Part shown: positions 1 through 14,420 of the stretch, piece after piece
How positions within the stretch are numbered: the first letter of the stretch is position 1
How the letters are laid out: each line of letters opens with the position of its first letter
DNA from: Vicugna vicugna
Taxonomy: Eukaryota
Assembly: GCA_013265495.1 (NCBI GenBank)
Contig: MU058337.1
Location: 6,120,716 to 6,184,715 of the forward strand
Direction of reading: 5' to 3'
Length of the DNA: 64,000 nucleotides
Program-made: the position numbers and the translations under genes
Notes under the pieces: generated by a model
Told to the model about the DNA's origin: nothing
Databases searched by the model: none
Seen by the model: the letters and a program-made list of their open reading frames with translations, nothing else

Positions 1-3000
1 TTTTTTCAAATATGAGTGACTTGGATATCATATGGATCATTTTAAATTCACTCTAAACTATTTTAATTTTTTAAATACTGTTAAATAAAATCATTGGCAA
101 ACTTGCTAACTTCATAATTTTAGTTATTAGTTGCCAAGTACTTATAATTCACTTCACAACTATAACATACCATGGATTACAACCTCACAACTGATGACCA
201 GTGACCTAACAAAAGGCTTTCTTCAAATTTTTACCGACACAACGGTCATATTCCTATAACCTAATCATTCACTGCTTATGTTATTACAAAGTGGAGGAAG
301 AGATTTCTATGGGCTTTGGCTAAGTTCCCTGTAATTATCTGGTCTTCACTGTTTGGCTTCTGGCTCTTTCCAACTGAACAGACAAGGGTACAGTATTATT
401 TCATAGTGCTCTGTACTCACGGTCAGCCAACACAGGTCAAGCCCTAAATCTGTTACTTACCAGCACAGTGTGATTATTGGCAAGTCACTGCACCTATGTC
501 TCAGTTTTCTTTTTGTTAAATGGTTGCATGAATTAAATAAAATCATGTATGTCAAAGTATTCTGTAAACTACAGTACCATACATATGTGTATAATAATAT
601 AATATTAACAGAGTATTAATCTCAGGAAAAAAATCTAAACTCACAAAATATACATGAAAACTATCAGATTAATTTCCAGAAAGGCTAATTTTACCTAATT
701 CTCAATTTAAAAAAACTTCAACAGCTCTCCCCACCTATTAAAGCAAAATTATTCACACCTATAATGATAAGGTTATTTACCTAGTGATGCCAGACTTTGT
801 GCCAAGTTCTTTATATACATTGTTTCTAATCTTTACAACAAAGTAGGTGTCATTCTCTTCATTTTAAAGATGAAAAAATTTCTAAGCTATTTCCAAATTT
901 TGCTATTACAATACCTTACAATAAACATTTTTTATGTATATCTTTGTAGGTGAATTTCTTAAGAGTGAAACTGTTGACTCAAAGAACATACACGTTTTAA
1001 ATTCTGATAGACACTAACAAATTTCTGGCAAAAATGGAAAAGAAAAAAAGGGGGGCTGAAATAATTTACACTCTTAGGAACAAGAAAATTTTCCTGTATG
1101 CTTGCCTACACTGCTGTTATGGCTAGTTTTTAAATGTCTGGCTAATCCAGTGGATTAAAAAAACTAGATCTCATTATTGTTTTTGAAATAGTTACATTTC
1201 TTACCTTGCTAAAAAGCCTCCAACAAAAGCTGATAAAAGAATACAATCATCAAATCTCAACTGCTTGCCACAGTTCCCTTCTCTACCCTTATATGCTGAC
1301 CATTCTGGACAGAACTCTGTAGGCATACATACACATACCTTTTAAATACATGGATAAGACCCAAACATCAAACAGTAATTATTAAATCTAACATAAATTT
1401 CTCAAAAAGTTAAATACTGTAACTTACAATCTGTGCTGCACTAAAATACGATACAATAATATGAATACATGTATATACCTAAAAACCAGAAAGATAACTA
1501 AGAAGACTATGAAATCTCTTTATACCAGTATTTCCTTTTCCCAGGAACAGATAGTTTTACTTTTCAAAGCTCTTTTGTAAACTCCAAAAGAATTTCTTTT
1601 CTTAATCCTAACAGTCCTCACAGCTTTCCATCACTGTCCCTGTACTGCTCGGAACACAAGGAGCCCAAAGGGGAAACACAGAATGAAAAACAGTTTGGAA
1701 ATAAAATGTTTGCTCAGCACATTAAAATTACTGAAAATTGCTATTCTTTATAAGGGTTATTTGTAGCTTTGTATTTTCCACTAATTATTTAGGTAAAAAC
1801 AAACATGACATGATTTTGTTTAAATCATATACAGTAGGGATTCTATACAATCTGATCCCACTTCTTTTAAATTAAGCATAAGGAGTAATTAGCCTTGTAA
1901 AGAAAATACATAAAGTTTAGTATGCTTTTATATTTGGTTTATGGTACTTTCTAAAGCAAATAAATAGCATACATTCAGAAAAAATTCAAGAAATCATTTT
2001 ATTCAAAACTAAAAACAATGTATCAGATGATAAAGAAAAAGTTTTTCTACAAACAAAATAAATAATATGCTGATCTTTGAACAGCAATTAAAAAAAAACC
2101 AACCAAAAATTAATGGGGAAAAAAAACTTCCGTATTTGATTAAATTTCAAACATAAGATACGGCATTAGAATAAAAGCAACATCACAGTATTAAACTTAA
2201 AAAAAATTCTTTTGCATGTTCTGCTAGTCTTTCTTGCCAAAAGTTGCCACCAACATAGCAATCTATCACCACTATTTTAGAAGTCAGATTTCCAAGAATA
2301 TACCCAGTTTGGGATAATAACTATCAAATTTCTTTTTTTTCTAATTATGATGCAATCTTTTATTTATAAATTGAGACCAGTGGCACACCTAATGCTTTCT
2401 TTTTCCCTCTATTAAATATACTCCTAATAATGCTAAGCGAAATGAAGGCTCTTTATAAAGTTAAATTCAACAGAGCAACACAGCAAAGTATAGAGGTGAG
2501 AATTATTAACATAAAAATTATCAAATTTCAATGGCTGGTCACTAACCACACAATGTTGATATGGCCTAACAAAACCTGTAAGCAATTTCATTTCACTGTA
2601 TTATTTTTATGAACTTGCCAGCTTTAACCAGATATTCCAAAAGGAGCATTTTAAATGGCACACTCTCATGGGAAAAGATTTTAACTACAATCAAAAATTA
2701 TATCCCAAATAAGAATCTTGCCATGATGCACCAAAAAAGAGAAAAGGTTAGTTATCATCAGCTGCATATTTTCATAGTGAACAAAAACATATGGCAATAT
2801 CACCTTCTAGTTACAAAACAGACCTTTTTGTGACATGAGGAAAGTTTTCCTGGAGGCTACTGTTCTATAATTCTTCACCTAATAATATTTACTTAATCCT
2901 TCCATAACATTCATTGAACTTAGTGTGTAGAAATCATTAGGATATAAAACAAAAGGGAAGCAAAGACTGAGAAGACAAATCTCTTGTCTCAAGAGGAGAT

Positions 3001-3667
3001 TAAAATACAGAAACAATTTTAACATAACATGGAAAGTGGTATATCAAATAAGAAATCCAAAAGAAGTTTAATGCTCTGGAAGACAGAAGAAAGAGATTAC
3101 TTCTGACCAGAAGAACATGAAAGAACTATCCTGGTAGAGGTAACATGCAAACTCTGCCTTTAAGGATAGAGAATAACTGGAAATGTGGGACAAAGGGACA
3201 GGTGTGACCATTGGCAAAAGAGTGATGAAAAGAATGGAGCAGGAGAGAGCCAGCCACATTTGGGAGCAGCACGCAGTCTGGCTTGGCACAGCACTAATAA
3301 AGGAAAATGGAGGAGATAAGATTAGAGAGAAAACAAATGAGAAAGGAAGGTAGTCATACACTTGACATTCTTTTCTCTAAGATGAAACCCCTGATGGAAA
3401 CAATCTTTCTTAACTTCATTTATGGAGAATTTGCACTTTATAACATTTTCTTTCCTGAACTGAAGTCATTTGTATACTTGACTTATTTTCCACAATATGA
3501 CCAAGTTCCTTATGAGCAGGACCCACATCTGATTCATCTTTATATCCTTCTCAAATGCCTTAAACATAGATGCCAAACAAGCCTTTTTTAAATGATTGAA
3601 TAAATGCATCAGTGAACATACAGGCCATATCATTTCACTTCTCCTGGACCCAGATACTCACCTATAC

Positions 3668-3886
3668 CAAGAGCTGGCAAACTTTTTCTACAAAGGGCCA
3701 CACAGTAGATATTTCAGACTTTCCAGGCTACTTGGCCTCTGCTACAGCCACACAGCTCTGCTGTTACAAAGCACAAGCAGCCACAGACAACAGGAGAATG
3801 CGCGTGGCTGTGTGTCAATAAAGCTGCATTTACACAAACAGGCAGCAGGCTGCACTGGCCCATGGACCACAGTTTTCAGACTCTCC
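3668..3886. mobile_element. MER58A-like hAT-Charlie DNA transposon
   Basis: Begins CAAGAGCTGGCAAACTTTTTCTACAAAGGGCC. It is the reverse complement of the copy at 12543-12754. Confidence 0.8.
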
Positions 3887-4016
3887 ATTTATACAGACTT
3901 AAACATAACACACGATATTGTACAGATACATTTAAATGTATTATATTCAAATCATTTTCTTACATGACGGAACTTTAGCCAAAATTTCAAACAAGATATA
4001 ATAACAAGGGGTATAA

Positions 4017-4245
4017 TGGGGGGGTGGGAAAAACTAGACTGGGATTTCAAAATTGTAGAACAGATAAACAAGATTATACTGTACAGCACAGGGAAATATA
4101 TACAAGATCTTATGGTAGCTCACAGAGAGAAAAATGTGACAATGAATCTATATATGTTCGTGTATAACTGAAAAATTGTGCTCTACACTGGAATTTGACA
4201 CAACATTGTAAAATGATGATAAATCAATAAAAAAATATTTTTAAA
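4017..4245 (+). mobile_element. Short 5'-truncated L1 3'UTR fragment (young lineage-specific family)
   Basis: Highly similar to the 3' ends at ~19610-19833 and ~25375-25600. Flanked by GGGGTATAA at 4008-4016 and 4250-4258, a probable TSD. Confidence 0.85.
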
Positions 4246-5250
4246 AAGGGGGGTATAAACAGGAAAATGTAGATACACTGCACAAAACCTGGTAAATCTG
4301 GACCTTTAGAATTCTTATACCTAATTTGCCCCCTCCAGACATTTGTTACTATTAGCCATCTGTGTGACCTTAATTCAGTTCTTTAGATTTCAGTTCGATC
4401 TTTGGCCTTAGCTTTTAATTTATAAAGTAAATTGGTTAAAACTGATCATTCTGAGCTAGAACTCTATGATCTTAAGAATTGTCCAAATTATATTTACAGA
4501 TTTTAAGCGGAAATTTCATCTTGAAAGTGATGACTGCATTCATACTTAATTTTCAATCCATGGAAGAACAAAATGTAAGCACATCACAGAAACAGGTGTA
4601 ACACAGCAAAATATTAAATTAGGATAATTTTAATACCTCAGATAGTTGATCTAATGAGCTTTTGGAACCATTATTCAAAATCACATTTTAGGTTTCAGTA
4701 TCATCTGGAATGGTTATAAATGCACATGGAAAATCAGTTTAATAGCAAATAAAGGTTAATCCAACTAATCAGGCTGGTGATATCAGGAGGATACTCAGAC
4801 CATTAAAAAAAAAAGCTTTTCCCAAAATAGGGGCAGTAGTAAGATTTGATCTTAAGTGCCATGATACACAATAAAAGGGAAAAAACTAGAATCTTACTTC
4901 CGGCTTCACATTCCAGGTTCATGGTATAAAAATTAATAAATCACTAGCCTCCATGACATATTTAGCTAAAAACTCTGAAATGTTTAATCTTACAAGTCAA
5001 AGTCCATGCAAGATATAATAAACTAGGTATCATTCATTAGATGTAATGGTGATTTTACAACTTTCCCATTTTTACTCTTCAAGGACTTGGGTTACAGAAT
5101 AAAACTCTTCACTTTTCACAAACTGTTTTCAAAGAATCAGTGGGTCAATTAAAATTCTATAATTCATCACTACACATATTAACAAAATCAACACCATTAT
5201 ACTGCTTTCTGAAATGTAAGTTAACAGTTTATGGTTCATTACAAACTTAC

Positions 5251-5304
5251 CAAACATTTGGCAAATTCTTTGTTTTCTGAAAGAAATCCATAACCTGGAT
5301 GTAC
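5251..5304 (-). CDS. PCCA: PCCA exon 6, 54 nt
   Basis: Encodes VHPGYGFLSENKEFAKCL, containing the HPGYGFLSEN biotin carboxylase motif. Acceptor TTTCATTTCTAAG, donor TTG|GTAAGT. Confidence 0.98.
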
Positions 5305-7093
5305 CTTAGAAATGAAAACAAAAAGTACTTCAATTTTATCATATTGCAAAACCTTTATAATAAGCAAAACAGAGAGTGCATTTACGCATTTCTTGTTCAA
5401 GGGCTCTTCCGCAGTTACTGACTTTTCTAATGTACTGATCAGCTCTAACCCACATTCCTGAGTAGAAACCCAAATTGCAAATACTCACTTGCAGCACATT
5501 ACCTCTGTCTTAAGCACAATCACAGCCATCCACTACATACCTTCCTGTCCACCTGCACTTGGCTATGCTATTCAACGCAATCCAAATTCTCCCCGCTTTT
5601 TCTGAGACTAACTCTGGCCACAAGTTTGAAGAATTTTCTAATGGATGGTGGGTCAAAGAATTATGTTAAAGGAAACCTTTTGCAAGAAAGATGAAAAATT
5701 CTTAATTCTCCTTTCTTTACGGTACCAGGAACTGCTACTTTCCAAAACCCTGGCTGCTAAGCCAATAAACATATTTTATTCCTGATAACATTACTATACT
5801 CAGTCACTACCCAACAAACAGGTTTTGTCAAACCTAACCAAAATGGAAGTTTGGTTTTACTTTTATTTGTACTCTGAATTTATTTTTCTTCTAATATCTA
5901 CTCTTCTTTCCCTCTTCACTCCACTCTGCCATTCACAACCACTTCATGCCATCCTCATTCAAAAGCTACACTGCTACAATCTAACTTCTACCATCTTGGT
6001 CTAATCAAGTAACTTTTGACTCTACCACATTGGCCAAACATAAATTTAGCCACTCTACTATCAGTCAGTATTGAATATATTTTTAGGAAAATAATTTAGG
6101 AATATATTTAGGAAAATAATTTTAGGAAAAATTCTGCTAAAAAGTCAAATTTCTAGAAGTATCTACACATTTGAGATCTTTAAATGCTCGACTAAGCTTT
6201 ACAAACATGGTACAGAATAATTTATACTACTAATCACAAGAAAAGAGTTTCACTTCAACAATTTCATTTTATATAAACATTCAAATAAAGACTGTATTCT
6301 GACAAGCTATACTTAAAAGGTTAAAAGAGTTCTACCTTCATTAACTCTGCTAATAAACTGTAAACATCTATAACATGGGCTCATGAATTCAGTTTTTTAT
6401 TTAAACATGCATCTTACGAAGACGTTTCTTTCAAAAGAAATGTGAACATTAACTGAAGCACTCCAGGCTAATTGCTGGTTGGCTGTTTGCATCCAGTTTT
6501 AGAGATAACACTGCATAGTTTTTAACATTATATATGTAATCAGTTCTCTGATAAAAACATACACACACACATACACAGAGAGCAACAACAGCTACAACAA
6601 AAACAAAACACTATTCTTAATGTCAGAAGCCAATTTCTTCCTTGAATCCCACTCCATTCAAACAAAACTGGAGGTGGGTATAATTATTGATTTCTCCATG
6701 TAAGTTATGTATGTTAGACAGACACTAGCAAACTAAAATGACCACCAATTCCATCATTTTTATTTTTGGAAGTATAACTAGGCATACATAATTTTTTAAT
6801 GATTAAACAGAATTTAAAACAGGATCTTCTGGATTCTGTTCATAATACAGAATTTTTTTAATGCTCTTATTACACAGAAAGGGTTAATACTCAAAACTAA
6901 TTGGGATTTCTTTTTTTTTTTTCCCTAGCAAATTTGGAAATGAACTGAAACTGCTCCCTGGTGTGAAAGCTGAATCCAGCAGCCACCTGCAGGATCAGCG
7001 ACCAACACTGCCAGATGCTACAAAGCCTTTGATTTCCAGTAGCGAATTCGGCCACATTTAACTCATGTGACATGAACTGCAACAGCATTTTCA

Positions 7094-7321
<228 letters not shown>

Positions 7322-10300
7322 TTAACAGAGCCTCCTAGCAAAAAGAACCATCTTCTTCCACAAGTATACACAAAATTGCAAATCTGATTGTTTCGTATAT
7401 TATTTATGTGGTCAGATCTTTTTTCAGTACACTAAAAAAACAATGTAACAAATAAGCTCAGGAACTATACTGACCATGATTTCATTTATTACATGCCTAA
7501 TCCACTGTCTAACCAGATAATTTCCTTAATATTCTCCACCAATTTGGTTAAGTAAAATCACAGCAAACAATTTTAGCCTCCTATTCAGTTCATCAACACA
7601 TAAATCTTGTATCAAAAACTACCCTGTTGTACGTAGCCCAATACTTTAATAATAAGCACGCATGCACAGTTCTAAGCAAGCTCCCCAGGAAATGGGGATA
7701 ATTAGAGAAACTGAATGAAGGGATGCAGAGAGTGTCCCTGCACAGCACCAGGGCAGCATCAGGCACAAATTAAAGCCCAGGACTAAAGAGTTCAGTATCA
7801 CTACACATGAGCCAGAAAATCTTGAGAATCATTTAAATACTCTCACATTTGATCCCCATTCATGTTACCTTTATTCCTAAAAGAACTGATATGTTAAGTT
7901 CTAAATCTACTCACAACTCAGGAATATGTGCTGCATTTTTAAGACTACTCACTCCACAATGTTTCAAATCTATTTTTGCTTAACAGAGGCTAGGCATTTT
8001 ATGCAGAGTAATTTGTTTACTTCTAAAAGAAATCTGTTCTTTCAAAACGATGAAGGGATTGTTGTATTTTTGAAATGACTGTTCCTAACAGTTTTCCAGT
8101 TTAAGGAATTCAGTTTAAATTTATTTTACAAGACAGACTTTAAAACCTGGAACACATACATAAACCTGAACACGTATGACCATCCTTCAAAAAGTCTAAG
8201 GTGGAAAATATTTCTGAGTATTGCTAAGTTATATTCTTTAGCTGTGAAGTAATAATTTAAGAAGCACTTTGTTTTAAATGAGGTCTATCCCAAAAAAACA
8301 AAAAACAAGTCATCTTTTAGGGAAGCTCTGAGTCCTCTTTATCAATCAATAAGTATTTTCAAACTAGGTAAAAATTATATTGTGTATTGATACCTGCCAC
8401 CCAAAGGACTTACAAGTCTATATCTTAATATAATATACTCAAATATATACAGTCTAACTTCTTTAATAATATCCACTTCAAGGAAAGGCAGCCATGCTCA
8501 CAAAGGGATCCTAAATATTCCCACGTTCAAAGCAAGGCTCTCCTTTATCTCTGCCTTGCTTATTCCCAAATTCAAGTTGTTCTTCTTCCCTCAGACCAGA
8601 ATGTCCTCTCTTCTACTGTCCTGTGCCCAGTTCAGTCCCTATTATTAGCAATTTTCTTATTGTAATTGTGGTTGTGGGACTTTCCCTATAAGAAAGAAAT
8701 TGAATACTGTACAGTTCTTTAAAAATAATTCGTTAACCATGTGAGAATAAAGTATTTAAAGTTAAATCCACATTTATTCTGTATATTTTACTTCCCTCCA
8801 GACACTACCTGTTACTAAAGATGAACTTAAGAGTTTCACTGCTACCACTAGGTCTTCAGATGAATCTCCTTTAATCTGAATTCCAACAGTATTTGGTACA
8901 AATTTTGGCATTTAATCACATCCTGCCCAGCAATGTCATTTTGACTGCTTTACAGATTATGTCTGCTGCAATTTACATACTCATCACTCCACCAGATCAT
9001 AAGGTCCTGCAAGGCAGAGGTTGTGTCTTAAATTTTTTAAAAATCTCTCCTAGAACAGTTTTATTGCTACAAGCTTGTAAATTCATAGATACACTTGGAC
9101 CACAATTTCATAACTTCAATTGTTAAGACACTGTCTTTGAGGTAAAAGTCTAACTAAATTAAATTTTCTCTAATCTTAGCAATACATAAGGGAGGTGAGG
9201 GTTGTATGAGGTGAGTAGGGAGGTGGAATTAAAACATATACACACATTCATGTGTATTATATGTCAAATTGTCTATAATATATATGCATCAAAAAGTAAA
9301 AAAGAGGGGAATCCTAATAGTACTTTGACTTCCAGTCTTTCCTCTAAATACATTTTTGTAACCATCCTGCAAATATAATTTTGCATCCTTTTGTTTTTGA
9401 ACATTATAATAGACATTTTTCCCATGTTATCACAAACTCTTTGTAAACATACTACGAATCTAGCACAGAGCCTAACATATTTTAACAGATGAATAATACT
9501 GTTTGAATAAAACACTCAAATAAAAATCAAAAGCAAGCTAAAACTCCTTATGGATTTTACAAAGGCAAAACATACTGCTTCTAAAGGGCTAGTTGGATTC
9601 TTTTCTTCTATTTCTCAGAAACAAACCTTACTTTAGGGTAGAAGTGTGTATTAGCATCTCAACAAGCCCACAGTCTAGAACAGGGTCAGTACTAGCAAAA
9701 ATGCTAGGCAAAGCCATTAAAAAAAAAAAAAAAAAAACTAGAATCCTCTGCTGCTTTAGTTCCCAAGGAGATGTTTATGAGTCAACCAAGAAAGGATAGT
9801 TTAAAAAGCTTTTGAAACGCAATTTCAATTTTGCTGTTATTGTTGTTCTCAGTGACTAAGATGATTTCTTTGGCTTAATAACACAAAACAAGTTGCATTC
9901 AAGCAGTGCAGACACTCTTCTAAAGAATGACCTGTTATGATCACTTACACCGACTAGACGTATTTAAGTCTCAAAATTTCAATACCTTCAAAAATATAAA
10001 TTCCTTTCTTACATATTTCAATAGTAAAAGGAAAATAACAATCATGGAAAGTTTAAATTGATTAACTAGGATATTGCTGACAAGTCTCAAATAGAAAAAT
10101 AAAAAATTTTAAGTATTAATACTAAGTTAAGCAGTCAGTCTTCACAAACTTTTCCAGCAGAAAAGTTTGTAATAAAAGTTTTTAAAGAAGATTATTAGCT
10201 TCCTCCTCAAGCATTCAATTTCATATTTTGAAATTTTTCTGTTCTTTAAACAGAGGAAAATCACTTGTATTAGTCAGTCTTTTATTTTCCAAATGATGAT

Positions 10301-12542
10301 CTAGCAGAACAAAGGGTGGTTTTTCAATTTACAGAAGTGAAAAAAAAATCATCTCCCTTATTGACTTCTTTAATGAATTTAAAAGCTTGGACATAAATAG
10401 GTTAAAAATTGTGCTTGAACTTTAAAACCCTGAGTTAATGGAAAATTTCATATTAGCCCATTAGATGCTTAAGACGTGACGAAAAGATAACTCTGCTTGT
10501 TCCCTATCCATATCAAATAGGTTGCACCGTAGTTAAAAAATGGACTAGATCAGATCTGAAAGAAAGCTTTTAAACACCTTCTAAACTAGTAGAGACTGAG
10601 AAAGATAGGAAAGATAAGCAGCTTTAAAGATGTTTTTTCATACTGGGAGATATTTTGGTACCTATCACTCACATGGGCACTATTTACCATGTCCATGAAT
10701 ACCTAGATTTTCCTTCAATGCAAACAAAACACTGGGTGGAACACTACTTTTAAGACATATATTAGATAAGCTCCTTGCCTGAGAATAGCAATGCCTCACA
10801 CAATCTGGCCAGACTTTGGTATCTATCAAATCTAACCAAATTCTCTAATACTACCAACAAAAAAAATTACCCTCAAAAACTTAAAGTCAAAGAAATGAAT
10901 GCCAACTGCATCAATCTTAATTTGAAAAAAATGATAAAAAGCAAATCATTTTCAAACAATGAGAAAAAAACTCTATTTCTAAGGAAAAAAGAATTCTTCT
11001 ACTTAATATAAAGTGTATAAAGTCTAGAGAGACACACAAATGCCAACAGACTGGTATTCTGGTACTACCTTTCTACAAAGGCAATTTGGCCCCTAGAAAA
11101 TAATTATTTTTTTTAAATCAGTAAGTATTACTTTTGCTTTGATTCTATTTTGTAAAACTACATGTGTAGCACCATGACACATTTATTCATGATTATTTTT
11201 GGATGGATGAATTAGTGACTTTACTATTTTTCTTCTGTTATAATTTATATAATTTCCAAAGTAGTAAAACCAAAAATTAAAAATTACAAGGAAAAAGAGA
11301 ATAGTTTTTTGCCAGTTGCAAAACTCCCAACCCATTTTCTACAATCTTGTTTTTATATCACAAAAAGGAACTAATCCTGAATCAATCCTGAAACCAAAAG
11401 AAAAGGGTTTTTTTTAGTCTTTGGCAGAAATGCATTTCTGAGGGTATATCGTAAATAACAAAAGAATGCAAAGCAGCATGACTATATCTATGTTCTCATA
11501 CCCCTGACCCTTGGTAGAGGTACCAATGGAGAGACAGGAGGGATGGCGGAGAAGGGAGGAGACACCAAGTATAAGAGCAAAGCCTAAGCAAAAGCAATGT
11601 GGATGAGCTGGGACCACAACTAAACGGACTGAGGGCTACAGCTAGAAAGATGTTCCCGGTCCTATCGCTGCTGCTTTCTCTGCAGCTGTGTCTGGAAGAC
11701 AGTTTCTGTAAAGAAGAGCTTCAGGCAGCACAGTAATTAGGGAACAGGGGCTTTGGGGCTCGTCCTGGACTACGTAACAAGCTTTCTTCCTATCCTTCTG
11801 TCTTTGCCTTCCTTCCTTCTTCTTTCCTTCTTTTCTTTCTTTTCTCTTTTTAAATCTTAGCTAGTATTTATTGTGTGTGTGGGAGAAGATGAGCTCTGTC
11901 CCTCCCCCATCTCCTGCCTCAACATACTTCTTAGCTCTGCCACTGCTAGTCAGAAATCTCACACTGTGAGTGATTTCAGCTCAGATGTTTTTTGCTCCTT
12001 AGTTTCCACAAATTCCTTCCCTAAGGCATTTGTTCAAGTTTTTCCTAAGCTAAAACAACGCTCTAAACTCTTTCTCAACTATCACTTTGCCTCTCCCAAC
12101 CTTTACAACTGATCGTAACAACAGCCTTGCCCCTGCCCTTCCACGCTGCAATACTGAGTTATAAATGCTTTTAAAGCCATCTCCAGAGTGTCAGTTCCTG
12201 AAAAGAGAAAATGACTGGTCTGAGAGTATAGATTAAATTTCTGAAGAAATTTAAAATCACAGGCGTCATATCACTGTGCCAGACTGTCACTGTGCCCCAA
12301 ATCCTTCATTCCCCTGCTCCTGTGGCACATGATTGCCCAACTAAAGACCAAATTTATCCGACACTCTTACAGGTAAGTTTGTGTCACTGGGATCTGAAAG
12401 TGAAAATGTACAACTTCCAAATCATCTACAACTGAAACACAACTTGTTTCTCTGAATTCTGGCCATGTTCTTTCCTGTGATTTGGAACACAGATGTTGCA
12501 GCAACCAAACTCAACTCTGCAGACTAAAGCAACTTCCTAGGA

Positions 12543-12754
12543 CAGGGGACGGCCAACCACAGTGAGGGTCAAATCAAGCCCAATGTCTATTTTTATAAAT
12601 AAAGTTTTATTGGAACACAGCCATACTTATTCACTTACTTATTGTCAATGGCTTCCTTTGTGCCTCAGTGGCAGAGCTGAATAGTTGAGACAGAGACTGT
12701 ATAGTCCCCAAACCTAATTTACAATCTGGATCTTTTTAGAAAGTTTGACACTCG
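12543..12754. mobile_element. MER58A-like element, apparently nested in an MLT1-like LTR remnant (~12290-12900)
   Basis: Contains TTTTTATAAATAAAGTTTTATTGGAACACAGCCA, typical of MER58A. Confidence 0.8.
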
Positions 12755-13023
12755 GGATGGCAAAGCAACAAAGCACCAAGAACCGGCGTCCCTGGATGTC
12801 CTCTGAAATAGAGTGGCCTCCCTAACCTAAAATGGCCAGATGTTATGTAAGAGAACATTTGAAAGTCACCCTATTTGAACCGTAACATCAGTATCTATTA
12901 CTTATAATAACATCTCTAATATAATCACCTCCACAAAGACTGACTCAATTCTTATTAATGAGAAACAGATTAGTTAAATCAAAGTAGTGACTTCATCAGA
13001 ACAGGCCATGTCAGTCCTAGAGT

Positions 13024-13810
13024 TGATGAGAGTCAGAGAGGGAAGTAACCAGCAGCTGTGCATTCTGGCAGAGGCAGTACACCACGGGGCCTGAGCATCC
13101 TGAACATGCCTGCTTAACCATGGTTTGACTATTATGTACTTGCTTCCTGAGAGAGGAGCACCAGTTTGTTTGCTGCTTTGCTACAAAAGGTGCTAAATTC
13201 TTGACCCTAGTTGGCGAAAGTTTCATGAACCACCTTACTCACATCACGTGAGCAAGGCACTGCCTGCCTTTTTTTCAAAATATGTTTGCAAAAGTATCTG
13301 TGTAGCCAACAGCACTAGAAGAGAAGGGTAATGCCTCACTCTGGAGCAAAAGGCAGAGGTGCTAACATCCCATTATAAAAGATTCATTCTGCGAGAACAA
13401 CCCTAAGCTCAGGGTTCGGGTCCTACAATGCAAACCACTGCATATGCAGGTATCACCTGACCCTCTTCATATCACCTGTGGGAACTGGGACTTGGGGAAC
13501 CTGGGTAAAAATGCAGATACTCTGATCTTGGTACAGCTGCTGAATATCAAACTGTCCTTCATCTTTGACCAACAGTCATAAAACTGTGAGAGGCTAACTT
13601 CTTAGCTTACAAGTAAAGTTTCAGACCCTTCACAGTTTCTGACAGCCCTGTGTTCCTTAACTGTGATACAACCACTAAACAGACCTATCACATGCCTCCA
13701 CGGGGCTCAGGATGCTCCTGTGCTGATGCTGACGCTCCTGCTGTCTGCTTTGTTGAGAGCAGTAAACTGTCTTCCTCTGATCCATGAAGTCATGTTGTCT
13801 ACTTTTGGAA
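13024..13810 (+). mobile_element. ERVL-class LTR sequence (MER74/MER73-like, ending at 13644, probably within or beside a second LTR)
   Basis: CTGGAGCAAAAGGCAG...CCCATTATAAAAGATT...CCCTAAGCTCAGGGTTC...TCAGACCCTTCACAGTTTCTGACA resembles the recalled MER74 consensus. Confidence 0.65.
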
Positions 13811-14009
13811 ATGATGGAGTTGTGGCACATTTAATCCTTGCCATCTTTCATTATGTGGGGTACTTTCCTGACATGTAACTACTTTAGTGGGCTTTTTGTC
13901 ATTGTTTGCGTTTGGTTTATGGTTAGTGGGGAGGAGAAAATAAAAATAAATTTCATAACTCGGAAAGTTAAAAAGAAAAAGAACTGACATTGGTTGGTAA
14001 CTTCTCATG

Positions 14010-14420
14010 ACTCATGCTGCCGGTGGGCTCACTAAATGATTATTCCAATACTCCTTTCTGGCTTGCTTCCCTCTACTACAAAAGGCTAGAAAGCAAATAA
14101 GAACACTTTCCAGACTCCTGTGCAGTTAGGGTGCATATATGCAACCTTGGGTACAGCAATCAGTCACACCTAAAGAAATGAGAGAAACGTGAGGTGGCAC
14201 CCTTGCAGGCAGGTAACATCTAACTGACAAGCATACAAGTAAAAGTGTTAGTTTAGGACGGCTCTAGAAGAGTTTCTGGGTCTATCCCAGAGCAACACAA
14301 TTGCCAAGAATAGTCAGCAGTGAAAGAGGATTTTGTTCTTTAACAGAGTCGTTCTGCCTTACTGAGTAGTCCATGGTCTTCTGGCCCTTCTGGAGATTCT
14401 GTGAGTTACCTTATATCAGC
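14010..14420. mobile_element. LTR33-like ERVL LTR remnant
   Basis: Motif TTTCCAGACTCCTGTGCAGTTAGGG...CAATCAG, degenerate. Confidence 0.45.

Noticed and set aside
6075..6130. Repeated TTTAGGAAAATAAT units as an array
   Set aside because: A short AT-rich local tandem duplication with no spacers. There is no CRISPR-like or prokaryotic system anywhere in this mammalian window.
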